Below are positions 28,637-42,580 of a DNA stretch of 64,000 bases, piece after piece. A model generated the notes under the pieces. That model was not told where the DNA came from. It made no database searches and saw only the letters and a list, made by a program, of their open reading frames with translations. Position 1 is the first letter of the stretch; each line of letters starts with the position of its first letter. A program made the translations under genes and the position numbers. The stretch comes from Chrysomallon squamiferum (lineage: Eukaryota; Animalia; Mollusca): assembly GCA_012295275.1 (NCBI GenBank), contig CM022668.1, positions 15,128,001-15,192,000 of the forward strand, given 5' to 3'.

Positions 28637-30208
28637 CCGGGCTCTATATATCAGTCAGCGGAGAAGTTAAAAGAAATGTCTGGCGGTTATTCGCCTCATT
28701 ACTTAAAACTGGTATTTTAATAGCAATTATTAACTCATCAGGGATCAGTTTACACGTGACTTTCCGATACGAACACAGTAAATAAATACAGGTGAACTTC
28801 TATCGGTGTAGGTGAAGAAGAAGAAGAAAAAAAAAAATGTAATGAAAATGTAAGGTTTATGAATATTATAACGGTTGTCAGCTTTAACAGTGAACTGCAG
28901 TGTAGTATTTTCTAATTGTTTTTATGGTGTTATCTTGATTACTAGTACTGGGTGTTACAATAACAACAACAATAGTAAATAAAATAATAAATAAATAAAT
29001 ATATAAATAAAAAGAAATTTGTACTGTTATTAGTGACAGTAGTAGTAACAGTAGCAGTATAATCAGTACTAGAAGCAGTAGTAGTAGTAGTAGTAGTAAC
29101 AGTAGTAGTAGTAGTAGTAGTAGTAGCATCAGTAGCAGTAGTATTTTGAGTAAAATTAGTATTGGGCCTGACAGAAGCAGTACTATAGTGGTAGCAGTTG
29201 TTAAGGTGATGTGGCAAGTAGAAGTTGTAGTAGTAGTAGTAGTTGTAGTAGTAGTAGTAGTTGTGATAGTAGTAGCAGCAGCAGCACAGCAACAGCATCT
29301 GTAACTACTTTACTATCCGTATCCAGCTGATACTCGATATTGACCCAAATGGTTTAACTCGTACATACAGAGTACACTGAGTAAAAATAGTCTGTAAGGT
29401 CGCCATCTGACGGGGGGGGGGTCAGATATCAAGGGAGGTAATTAGCTGGGTGTTGAAGTATGACGCCAACACAACGTTCGTAACGCAGTGCCGAAGAATG
29501 CGGGAAATGTAAACCGTACTGACACCCGTGTTCAACCACAAACAACCCGTTGATAGCAAAACCGTCCACCGAGCTTGATAAATCCACTGAATGAATTGAA
29601 CCTACAAACAACCTTTCTCAATGCACCGATGTTGTTTTTTCTTTCTTTTTTTTCCTACGTCTAGCATGTTTGTTGAGTTAGATTATTTAGCCCAGTGTTG
29701 AAGAAACAAACCTGTCAAGGAAAAAAAAAATCCTTTTAGAATGTTTGCAGGTTTGTCCGTGAATATCAGGATCTCGGTTCCCTAAGGTTCGTTCCAACCT
29801 TTCAGTGAGAAAGCACATCAAACTGATTTTTTGTGTTTGTGTTGTGTTGTGTTTTGCGACAAATGCTTTTGTGTTTGGAGAACGGGGGAATTATCAAACA
29901 AGATTTCTTAAGGTTTCGAGTGCGTCCATGTGTTTGGTTTCTTTGGAAGAAAGGGATTGTTCTGATTCTTACAATATCTCCAAGTCGCTTGTGAATCAGA
30001 AGTCTTTGGAAGCCAGGAGTCAAAGGATCTTTTCTTCTTGGTTGTCTTTTTTTCTTTCTTTCTTTTTTTTTTTTTTTTTTTTCTTACAATGCTTAGTTGT
30101 ATTCATAACAGTGAGAAATGAATGTTAATGAATATTTGTTTCTGGTAATCTCGAAAAAGAATAGTTTCGTAAAATTAAAAATTTAATACCTAATTAATAA
30201 TATTAATG

Positions 30209-30254
<46 letters not shown>

Positions 30255-32718
30255 TAGTAATAATAAAAACAACAACAACAACAATAATAAAGTTATAATT
30301 TCTAAACATTCGAAAAAAATCTAATTTAAATATTTTTAAAGTAGGTAAAATTAGCTTCATTGTTGGGTTGTAGCTATTCTTGACTAAATTGTAGATTAGA
30401 ATTGTAATTGTTGATCATACGTTTATCGTAATCCAGTAAGATAATCTCAACATTCTGAGTGCTGTTGTACACTAAGCATTGGAAGTAACAGTATTTTTCA
30501 TTTCATTATTATCTCCCTTATCAGCCATCCAGATAAAATAATATAAAAAAAACAAAAAACAAAAAAAAACAAGAAAACAACAACATTAGTTTTAATTCCA
30601 GTTTGCTACACAATATGATTTTATACGACTAGGTACTTTTTTTAAACGTGAATGTAGAAACCAGTACAGAAATAAAATTTTTACACCTGTGGATCGTTTA
30701 CAAACAAACAAACAAAAAAAGCCAGCGACTATCATTGATTACCGTTAACTGAAGCATCTGTTGTACTGGATATGAAAAACATTTATTTATACATTTCTCT
30801 TTTGTTTAAATTAGTTTAAAGGCGTCTCGTGTTAATATGCATAGTAATAGTAGTTGTATTAGAAGTATTAGTAATAGTAATAGTACTAGTAACAGTAATG
30901 GTTGCAGTAGTAGTAGTAGTAATAGTAGTAGTAGACGTAGTGGTAGTAGTAGTCGTAGTGGTGGTGATGGTGGTGGTGGTGGTGGTGGTGGTGGAAACAG
31001 TAGTAATAGTTGTAGTAGTTGCAGTAGTGGTAGTATGAGTACTAGGAGAAGCAGCAGTATTATCAATAATATATAGATAATACATCAAATAGGTTGGATC
31101 GAGAAATAAGTACATTTTCATATCCGAGTAGCATAAGCGGTAAATACGATCCTACACACGGACTGTATCGTTTTTCACGTGCGCATTTTTATCACTAAAA
31201 CCGTCAATCGAACTTTAAAAGCATCATCTGTCTTTTGACTCGCGTTTGCACTTTCCGTCCATGTTTGTAATAAAGTTATATTTATATTTGCAATCGCGGC
31301 CGCATGGGGTGATCTTATCATTCCGTGGAATCCACACACGGAAAAACAGGTTTCATCTAGAGCAGAATGCACGTGTTTTACGTTAGCTGAATGGATGTAG
31401 TTAGACGGCAGTGAGTGGAGAGAGGTTGTGTTTCTGTTGTAAACAGAACGTCTTTCCGGACTAACATATTGGACTGGGGCTAGTCAGATCTGTCCTCCTT
31501 GTAGGCGAAGAAGAAGAAGAAGAAGAAAGGAGAAGTATTGTAAAACAGGAAACTGAAAGGTGAAAATCAGAACGAGAAGAACAAGAAGAAGAAGAAGAAG
31601 AAGAAGTAAGAAGAAGATAAAGCAAGAAAGAAGAAGAAAAGTAGAAAATGAAGAAAAAGAAGAACTGACGATGATGATGATGACAATTATGGTGAAACTA
31701 TGAAAGGAAAAAATGGAGAAAATTATGTTGCTGCTGTTGCTGATGATGATGATGAAGATAAACAAAAGAAGACGATGATAATGACATGAAAAATAAAAAA
31801 TAGAACTTGATGATGATAATTTATAAAGAAAATCATGAAAAAAGTTTAAGACAAAAAAAAATTAAACATCGACTATGAAAATCAGTAAAGAAAAAGAAAC
31901 CAGAAAGTTAAATAAACAACAAAATCATGATAATGATGATAATAATCATCATTTATCACGAAAGGATGAACACGACACTGATGACGACAAATGTGATGAT
32001 CCACCGATAAACCTAAAAAGCCATGATGATAACGAAAACACAACGAACGAGTCTGTACAACCCGTTACACACATCTGACAACAGCTTTAACGTGAAATTA
32101 ATAATAATAATAACGACACCGATATTATGATCACTGTTTAAACAAAAGATTCACTTTAATTACAGTAGCGATGACCGCCCTTGGAGCTCATTCTATAAAC
32201 TATCCCCACCCCTGCGTCAGTAAATACACGAAACGTGCTATCCCCCCTGTCAGAAGGTCGCCATGACAACGGTATCATTGGTTACTTGATGTCACGTTAT
32301 TATATATGTATATATATATATATAGCGTAACACACGACGAAACATCTGTTTGTCACGCCTACGTTAAACGCGTCACGCTAAACGATTACAAATTCACGCC
32401 AGTGACGGTGCATTGTAGTTATTGTGACGCGTAATAATTGCGCTAATCACACTAGATAATTGTTATTACCACTCGGTGTTATTATTCAGTGACAAAGTGA
32501 CCGTAATGGCGGCTTTATTTTTGTACGTATTCCCATTGCCTGATAGTAGGTCATTGCATACGAAATACAGCAAGGGATACAGCGGGATTGTAAATGTTGT
32601 GTAATATTTAATTCAAGCACTGGAGCAATATTATGTAAGTTTATTATAGAGAGAACGTTGATTATAAGGTTGGTATTAACAATATTTGCGTCCACATACA
32701 TATATAAACAATAGATAG

Positions 32719-32749
<31 letters not shown>

Positions 32750-32809
32750 GATACACATACACACACACAAATACAGATACATACACACCATACACACACA
32801 CAAATACAG

Positions 32810-32864
<55 letters not shown>

Positions 32865-34528
32865 GTAAAACTAAAACTTTTGCTTAACTATCATCGATCT
32901 GCAACTTTTACAAATTATATCAGGACACATTACCTCAGAAATTTCTCTTTCAAGTTACTTTTTCTTTTCCCCCTTCCAAATTAATTACCCGTCATACCTT
33001 GCGCGTTCATGCAGCACTGTCGTATATTGAGTTTACTTTATCTAGCAATCTGACTCTCGTAGTTAGCCCAGTGCAGTAGCGTACTAAACCACTGTGATAC
33101 AACTGTTCATGTTTTTCACGACTCACTGTGTTAAGTTTTTATCTCTTCCTGGTATGTGTAGGAAAGCATCTGGGAAAACACATCATGCATGCATGTCGAT
33201 GGTTTAAACATAAAAGTGTTCCCATGCTAAGAAATGTGTTTTTTATTTTTATTTTTTATATATAGATATAGATATAGGGAAAGAAAAAAAAAAAAAAAAA
33301 ACATCCTGTGAAGAGACAGAGAGAGAGAGGTTATGGAACCTGGTGAGTTATGGCTTGTACAATTTGAGTAAAACGTCTTTGTGAAAAAAAGAAAATCTAT
33401 TTTATGTAGCGTTATTCATTCATCTTATTTTTTTCTCATTCTTTCTTCTTTCTTTATTCTCTCCATCTTTTTTTCCTCTGGATGTGCTTGTCTGTTATGT
33501 ACAGACAGATAAACAGACAGGTAGATAGATAGCTAGCTATACAACGAATTCGTCATACATATTACACTAAAAAATTAATAAAATGCTTTCACACAAACCT
33601 AGATAATTATACACACAGCCATAAATAAACACATCCAAATTCAGACTCTGATCATAACGTCATGTTAATGATGCAATGATAATAAATTTACTCTTTTTTT
33701 GAGTTTTGTTTTAAACATGAACTAAACAGCACAATAACTTTGATAAATGTTAGTATTTAACATAAACAAAATAAAAAGAATTAAAAAAAAAAACTTTAAA
33801 TAAAAACAAGAACATGTATTCAACGACCTTTTGGAAGCGACACAAAAAATACACCTTATTGGTTGTACTTAATAACATTGCACTAGAATATACATCATTT
33901 ATTATTATTCTTTTTTTTTTTTTAATGTGTCTTTTAATTACGCACTGAAAACAATGTTTAGCTTGTGATTAAATGATGAAACATAATGACTAAGGACTAT
34001 ACAAATGAATACAAAAAAAAAAAAAGAAGAGGAAAATCGGTGATTGCACGCAAAGCCTTACATGTGTTTTTTTGTTTTTTTTTTTGTGTTTTTTTTTTTC
34101 ATTAGCAAGAAGAAGTCGTTTATAAGTACCTTCTCATAGACTCGAAATCACAAACCACTGAGTTGGATAAACAAATACGGAGTCTTATTTGGATCGGGAA
34201 ATCGATCAGTATGTGCATCAAGGAGGATCGAAAACTACAACATGTTGCTACCACCTGACTGCTTCAACCACTGGACTGTAGCACGCTCCACATATCGTCA
34301 AAGTAACACGTGTCGTTTTCAAAACTGCATCACATTACGTACATTTGTTGTACGCATGGCAGGTCTCCATTACGTCATCAGACAAGCTGTGAGCAGGGTC
34401 AGAAAGAAGCCAATGAGTCGGTCACAAAATTTTATTTTATTATTGCTGATTTATGTCTATTTTTTTTTTTCCATTCCAAAAGTAACTTTAATAAACAATA
34501 ACTAAGTAGATTATATAAGAGCAACAAA

Positions 34529-34622
34529 CAGTTGTACCTGTCTTGTACGGACACCTGTTTGGGGGTGGGGGGCGAGCAAACGTTTCCCTACATCGCAGGT
34601 GTCCACTTATCAGAGGGTCAAA
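34529..34622. mobile_element. Possible terminal fragment of a second pogo/Tigger-like MITE
   Basis: CAGTTGTACCTGTCTTGTACGGACACCTG...CAGGTGTCCACTTATCAGAGG has a CAGT start and an inverted GGACACCTG/CAGGTGTCC subterminal motif like such MITE ends. No matching far end or TA duplication found. Confidence 0.4.
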
Positions 34623-35134
34623 AATTACAGACAGTTTTTAAAAATATATATATATATACAATCTTTATTCACGTCAACCACACCAGTACCCACAACAAAC
34701 TTAAATAGTCGTGGACCGTCTCCTAAAAATACAGTTTGCAAATATACCGAGTTCCTTTATGGATTTAAATAAAACCTATTTTGCACGCCATAAAACTCAT
34801 AATACGGATAAGGTAATATATATATATCAATGTTTTGCAAAATATTGCGTTTGAAACGCAAACAGAGCTTCGACTTGTAATCCAGCCGCGCCATCTTTTC
34901 GACCTGAAGAGTCTGTTAAGTTGTAACATATAATCTGCATGGAAAGATGCAGAGTGTTTGGATTATCAGAATTATGTACCAAATCGGGTTGAAACATCGC
35001 GGTTATTGCATCTGCAGTTCGCGGGCTCTTATGGTTCGACAGAAACAGCATCCACACAGACACTGTGCATTGCAGAAAATGCGCAACGCCATCTTTAAAA
35101 AAAAAAATACCGTATAAAAAAGTTGCCGTACAGC

Positions 35135-35165
<31 letters not shown>

Positions 35166-35530
35166 TGGGAAAAAAGAAACGCAAATCTGTACGACTGTTC
35201 GATTTAGAAGTGGAATACTGATTTAAAAAAAAAAAATGATGTCCCCCTTCTCCTTTCATTAGATATCCGCTGATCTTAGGGTCATATACATTGAAAAAAA
35301 AAAAAAAAAAAAAAATGTCCGTACTTCGTAGGTGGTCGCTGAAGACAAGTAGCACTGTAATTAATTTTGATTATTTTAAATAAGGAATCGCGTCTTATGC
35401 AGGAGAAGTAAATTGAACGAGAAAGGTAAATTTATTGATAGTACATTACTATTATCATCCTAATTATTAATTATTTTCATCATCATAACCATCATCATCC
35501 TCACCTCTTTATCAAATCATATTTATCACC

Positions 35531-35562
<32 letters not shown>

Positions 35563-35591
35563 TTATTTATTATTACTATTTAATATTATTA

Positions 35592-35639
<48 letters not shown>

Positions 35640-35734
35640 TATGTATGTATGTATGTATGAATAAATGATGAATTTACGTATGAACATAAGAAAGAATGAA
35701 AAAAGAAAAGAATGAGTTACTATTGAGATATCAA

Positions 35735-35792
<58 letters not shown>

Positions 35793-37472
35793 TCTGCTAA
35801 ACTATATTATTATTAACAGTCGTATTATTTTGACTATGGAAAATAGATGAATTTTATTATTATGATAATATGTATGTACAATTATAACAGATGATATAAT
35901 GATGATAGAAACAATCTTTTTGCTTTCTCACAAACACTAAAATCAGTAAAGCACGGCTTCCTTGGGCGGCCTATCCAGATTTCCTGTTTTCACGTCAGGG
36001 ACAGATTGTTTTACTTAATCCGAGTTGTCTGTTTAGCCAGATGCTCTTCCACAGCAAACAAAAAGTGATAAGGAAAACAAGAGGATTTCAACCGATAAGC
36101 AGATGTAGATCTGTGTTCAGCATGTGTGACTTGCGTGCGCGTGTATGCGTGTGCGTGTGCGTGCGTGCGAGCGTTTGTGTATACGTGTATGTGCTTTTCT
36201 GTGTGACGTGTTTTTAGACGGAAAGAAGGAGACAGTAAAGAGGACGGAAAGAAAAAAGACAAAAACATCGAGAGGGATAGAAAGAATGAAAGATAAAAAG
36301 ACAGATTAAGAGAGAAAGAAAGAGAAAGGGAAGGTACTTGTTAAAATAATAATTTAAAATTCAAAATTCAAAAATTCATATGTATGTCCAGTGTCAAACA
36401 GTACAGTACAGGTTTAATTACATATTTAAAATTAAAGAAGGCAACTACCTAATCAAGCCATTTGTTCAAAACATTTATGACAACAATTAATAATTTTAAA
36501 AAGACAAAATTTGGATAAATTGTCATTTACCAGAAACAAAAAATGTATTTTGTATGAAAACCCTTAGAACTATTAAAATATTAAAGATAATAATTCCATT
36601 AACGGATGAATAATAATTTAAAAAATAATAATTAAAAAATGAATAAATTTAAAATTATTTTCTGTATAAAAGAGTGCAAACATATTCATTATTTACATTT
36701 TTGACACTATAAGTACGATTTCGTTATTCAGTATGATATCATTTATGAAAATAATCGTAAAACTATTCTTATTTTTTGTACAACTGGGAATAAAATATTT
36801 TTCTTCCGTTATGAAATGGTTCAATAGATATTATAAATGTAGTTTTTTGCTGGAATAGCTTTGTGTTTGTAGTTTCGTTAGTATATAAAATTGTGTGCGT
36901 GTGTGTGTGCGTATGTCGTCTGCCTATGTATGTGTTAAGTCTTTAAAATCTTCTTCAAGATATCACTGGGAAAAAAGTTTTATCAATTTTATTATTATAT
37001 CAAAACGTTATCGCCATACATCTGAAATAGAAAGGTTATTATGCAAACATATAATATCTATATCTGCTTTTAAGTAAACAACGAAAATATTTAAAAGCGG
37101 ATCTCTTATTTTCAGGCCTCTCCATATCAAAATGTATGAAATATATCCTACATAAAATAAATGTGAGATCATATCGATATTGCCAGCGGTAAATATTATC
37201 TTTTTGTCTTCTAATTTATTTATTTTTTCTTTTGCAATTTCTGTATATATAAATGTAGTTATGTAAGGAAAGGATTCAAATCCTGTCTTCTTTATTGAGA
37301 TACTTACTATTTTCTTCATGGTCGAAAATCACACTATGTCAGATTATCGTTATTGTTAGAAAGAAGGGTATCGATATATTTTTAGTATTCATTGTTTCAG
37401 TCTTAACAAACCAAATAAAATTAATACTAAGCTTGTCTTATATAGAGATATTAACTTTATTTATTTATTTAT

Positions 37473-37528
<56 letters not shown>

Positions 37529-37566
37529 GTCATTATTATAGAGAGCCACATCAGAGAGAGAGCCAC

Positions 37567-37647
<81 letters not shown>

Positions 37648-37946
37648 AATCTCAAACAACATTAACGAAGAATATGACTGTGCTGTAATTGGGAGAATAC
37701 TTTAAAGCTTACGCAAAATAGAAATCGAAATTTAAAAAATTAATAACAAATAAAATTTAAAAAAATTAAATTTAAAAAATCGTAGCTCGAGATGCACAAG
37801 AAATTAAACTTAATACTAACAACTAACAAACTCTTCCTTCTAAAAACGCACATTATTAAAACTTTCGACCCTCACTGTTTCATACAGTTTTATACCAGAT
37901 CTCCGCTTTTAAATACTCTGTTTAAATATGCGGTGAACGTACTTAC

Positions 37947-38079
37947 CCGAGTACAAGCAGTCGCACTCATATCCTAGCCATGTACGATAGAAATTTCCAT
38001 CCGAGTACCGTCCGCCTTGTTACGCTCTCTTTGGTATAATCCGACTGACGTCTGCATCGTTACTTCACCACCACGTTAT
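37947..38079 (-). other. Candidate 133-nt exon, probably 5'UTR (stops in the frames read; contains a short complete ORF)
   Basis: Minus strand ttcatttcatttcag|ATAACGTGG...GTACTCGG|gtaagt, in a GC-richer unique island. Confidence 0.45.
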
Positions 38080-38453
38080 CTGAAATGAAATGAACACACA
38101 CACCATCAATCCTAGACTGGAGCATCTGCACGCGACATCACGTGATCTCAGCAACAGATGTTTGAGACGAAAGACTCGTGCACTTTCGAGCACTCCCTTC
38201 CGAGTGAAAAAACATAGCGATAGAAATAATAATAATAATAATAATCATAATAATAATAATAGAGGAAGAAAAAAAATAAGAGAATGAAGTAAGTAGCTCT
38301 GATGTCGAGTTATGATTTATCTAAGTGTTGTAATTGTTTTTATTTATTCATTCACCTATCTATCCGTCTGTCTGTCTGTCTGTCTGTCTAACTAGGTAGC
38401 TAGCTATTTATTCATTTGTTTGTTTGTTCATTTGTTTATTCGTTTGCTTAATT

Positions 38454-38484
<31 letters not shown>

Positions 38485-40191
38485 TTGAACAAATATTTTT
38501 TATAATGACTTTTTTTTACTGCGTATTTAAATTTTATTTATTTCAGTATTCCTATACTTTACAGTAAACTATTTATTTTACTGTACATTAAACATTCGTT
38601 TTGAAACATTTATTGCGCATTTAAGTTTACGTCTTATTTATTTCCTTTTGTAAAAATGGGCATCGAAATGGTAGACTATAATGTACAACATAACTACAGT
38701 GTGTATAGGCGCATGAGAGCCGGTGTGTGTGTCTATGTGTGTGTGCGTAGGTTTATAAATGTAGTCCAAAAAGAGAAAGAGAAAAAATTAATAAATAAAG
38801 AGATAAAGAAAAATAGAAACAGTCGAAAGATGAAAGAAAAGAAAGAAAGAAAGAAAGAAAGAAATGAGATGAAAATATGGGAGAGGTGGATCAACAGAAA
38901 AAGAAGAAGAAGAAGAAGAAAAGAAGAAGAAGAAGAAAAAAGAAAAAAAGAATGAGAAAAGAAGAAACAGAAGAAGAAGAAGAAAAGAAGAAGACAAATA
39001 AGAGGAAAAGAATAATAAGAAGAAGAAGAAGAAAGAGAAGAAATATGGGAAGTAATAACAGAAAAAGCGAGAAAAAAAATTACAAAAAATAAATAAATTA
39101 AAATGAAGACGAAAAATAAAATTATTCTTAACAGGTGACTCCATTCTTTGAGATCTTTATTCATACTCAGCCAGCAATCCAGAAATGAAGATATAATCAG
39201 AAGAAGACGAAGAAGAAAAAAAAAAAATCAACCACAGGAAGTTCAGAACACCGACACAATAAACATAACACTTATTTTTATCACTTTTATCAACACACAT
39301 AATTCCCAATATATTAGGTGATTTAAGTTTGATGTAAGATAACGATCGTTTGCATCACAGACATGCAACCCGAGCTATCGGTACGAAACAGTTGCCATTA
39401 GTAATATAATTAATACTCTCGTTTTGTCCCAATAATCTACAACAGCGCATGTGCCTGCAATTTGTTTTCGAACTAGTCTCGGCTGCTATCTACAAGTCCT
39501 GGCGCGTGATACTGTTGCTGCCTAGCAACAGATAGGAAGTGGCTGTGATCCGGGTTACTGTTTTCCAAAAGACAAGCCGGTGAACGTAATTGTGAAACTA
39601 GACGATAATTTAAATGATTATTTATGCTTTGATGTTCAGAAAAGTTAAAGTATTATTTTGTTAATGGCTCTTTCTGAAATGGTGCAACAGGGTGGAAAAA
39701 AGGCTTGTTTGTTTGTTTGCTGACAAAGAAGATTAGTTTTTTGTTTTTTTTTTGTAACCTTTTATCTTAATTATTATTATACGTTATAAATAAATTTTCC
39801 TTTTTTAAAACGTGTACCTCTGCCGTTGAAATAAATGTAAAATTTAGAAACAGCGTTACATGAACACATAAAATAATTGGCTTAAATGATTAACTGATAT
39901 GAAAAAATAAATAAAATAAAATAAAATAAATAAATAAGAACTCATAAAGTTGTACGCTGGTACGGTTAAACATCACTAACATGAATTATACCTTTCTGGC
40001 AGCGATGGATTTTATGATCCAGATTCATTCGTTATTTATTTGGGGTTAGATCATTCTAAATCTCAGCCGTTCAGACAGATAGATAGACAGACAGACAGAG
40101 ACACAGAGAGACATGTGGACAGACACAGATGGATAGATAGGTAGGTAGGTAAAATAGAGATAGAGAGAGAGTAAGAGGGAGAGAAACAGAG

Positions 40192-40268
<77 letters not shown>

Positions 40269-40326
40269 AAATAGATAGATTGACCGATAGATAAACAGAC
40301 TATCAGACATAGGGATGAATTGATGC

Positions 40327-40371
<45 letters not shown>

Positions 40372-40862
40372 CTGAAGTAACGATTAGCATTTTTAAAGAC
40401 CTATTAAAATAAACACTTTTGCATTCGAAAATAAAGTTCCTCCCTTCTTGAGAAACGCTCCTTAGACCCTCTTTTCAGAAACAGTTAATTTAGACGTAAA
40501 GTGTTTGACAAATTAGAAAACATCCTCATCACACGCAGCATACAAAAATAACAGCCAGATGGGATGGTTTTTAAATAATTAGCTATTAGATGGTACAATT
40601 TGTGCGCACATATTCAAAATGCCGTCCATGCATCCCAAGATGCCATTCCTACATAACTTAACGAGTGATGATCGTAAACCTGCAAACTGGGATTTCCTAA
40701 GCATCTTCACATGTTCTTGTTTTTTTTTTTAATCGGTGAATCACTAACTGTCCATTTTTTTTCTCCCCATATAAGGACGTTAAGTGGAGTAAATGTTGAC
40801 AGAATCAGGAGCTTTTTACTGCGTTTTGTACCAGTGATGTAGACAGATGTGTGAATAGGTTA

Positions 40863-40968
<106 letters not shown>

Positions 40969-41763
40969 GCACACAGACATATATATAGGGATACAGACAG
41001 AAAAAACAGAGACAAACAGACAAATAGATAGATCGATAGAGATAGACAGATACATAGACAGACAGACAGAGACAGGGAGACAAACAGACAGATAAAACAC
41101 ATAGGTAAACAGAAAACCAGACAGACAGACAGACAGACACATACATACATTTAAATCAGATTCATAAAAGTCTTTAAAGGGAACGTAATGATATATGCCA
41201 AACAGAACGTTGAAATACCAGATATTCCCGCCAATGATTCTACACATTGTTATCAGTATCACATGGATTGAGGTACGGTAACCTTCCCGAACTTGACATT
41301 ACAGAAACACACAGAGACCAAACCCGTCAGCACTCTCTCTATATTAGATACAGCGAAGAATAATTTGTATCTGTTGGACTAACAAGGTCGGCATGCCATT
41401 AATTGAAAGAAAAATATACAGCAATTTCCACGTAACATTTCGCCTCGTTTGATCTCCTGTGCAAATTGCTAGTATTTCTGAATTAGCGATAATTCGCGTG
41501 ATCTTTCCTGCCAACATGCTACATGATGGCTACATGAACTCCACCTGGGTTACCTTGTAGGTAATCGTTTCCCATTTGCGATCGGTTAGGTTTGGATTAT
41601 TTAAATAGGAAATACATACACATAGAGATATAAACACAGCCATACATACACATACACAGATACACACAAACACACACGCACTTAATTAAATAGCAATGCG
41701 ATAATATTTTTTTATATCTTTATTTATTTATTTATTTATATCTTCTTCCTTTCGTTATTATTA

Positions 41764-41822
<59 letters not shown>

Positions 41823-41915
41823 GACCATAGTATTGATATATTTGATGCAGCATTGCAGAAAACACATTAATGTTAAAGTTCAGTTATGAAAGGCGATATT
41901 ATTTTGTGTGTAGAT

Positions 41916-41946
<31 letters not shown>

Positions 41947-41994
41947 TACAGACTACAGATACACAGACACCAGGTGGTTCACAAAACTGCCCAC

Positions 41995-42064
41995 CTCGTC
42001 TACAACAGAACAAGCTGTCGATGAACAAGGCAAAGCACAAAACACATCGTTCAGCGCAGCCCAT
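41995..42064 (-). CDS. Candidate first coding exon: MGCAERCVLCFALFIDSLFCCRR (exon 41995-42070, phase-1 end)
   Basis: Minus strand cttctctctctgcag|aagaacATGGGCTGC...TGTTGTAGACGAG|gtgggc. Strong acceptor, A at -3 and G at +4, Gly2-Cys3 start, 5 Cys in 23 aa. Gene identity unknown. Confidence 0.5.
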
Positions 42065-42293
42065 GTTCTTCTGCAGAGAGAGAAGTACGTTTGTGCGGGC
42101 ACAGTTTCCTCTGAACCTGGATGGCTCACGTCTCGACATGTCAGCGCCAAACATGCCGAAAAGGTGCACAATGTGTGTGTGCGCGCGTGTGTGTGTGTGT
42201 GTGGGGTGGGGGCTGGATATGAGAGCCACGTAATCTTGGCCCCAGTGCGGAGATGAACGCTGGAAATGCCAAGATCGGGAGACTCCGTTTAGT

Positions 42294-42311
42294 CACGTGG
42301 TTGGTCACGTG
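42294..42311. promoter_or_regulatory. Tandem E-box pair CACGTG-N6-CACGTG
   Basis: gtCACGTGgttggtCACGTGg, about 225 bp upstream (minus orientation) of the 42070 exon. Confidence 0.5.
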
Positions 42312-42404
42312 GTTGGTTGGTTGGTTGGTTGGTTGCCGTGTCGCGCTGACTGGAGATGATGCACCGAGCTGAATGCGAGGCATGCGGGTTGGTGAAGGTG
42401 AACG

Positions 42405-42580
42405 AACACACACAGACACACACACATACACAGACACACACACAGACACACACACAGACAGTCGCACACAGACACAGTCGCACACAGACACAGTCGCACA
42501 CAGACACAGACACACACACAGACACACACACAGACACACACAGACACACACACAGACACAGACAGAGACACACACACAGA
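42405..42580. repeat. (CA)n/(CAGA) compound tract with a 16-bp unit GACACAGTCGCACACA, ~3 copies
   Basis: Directly visible. Confidence 0.9.
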
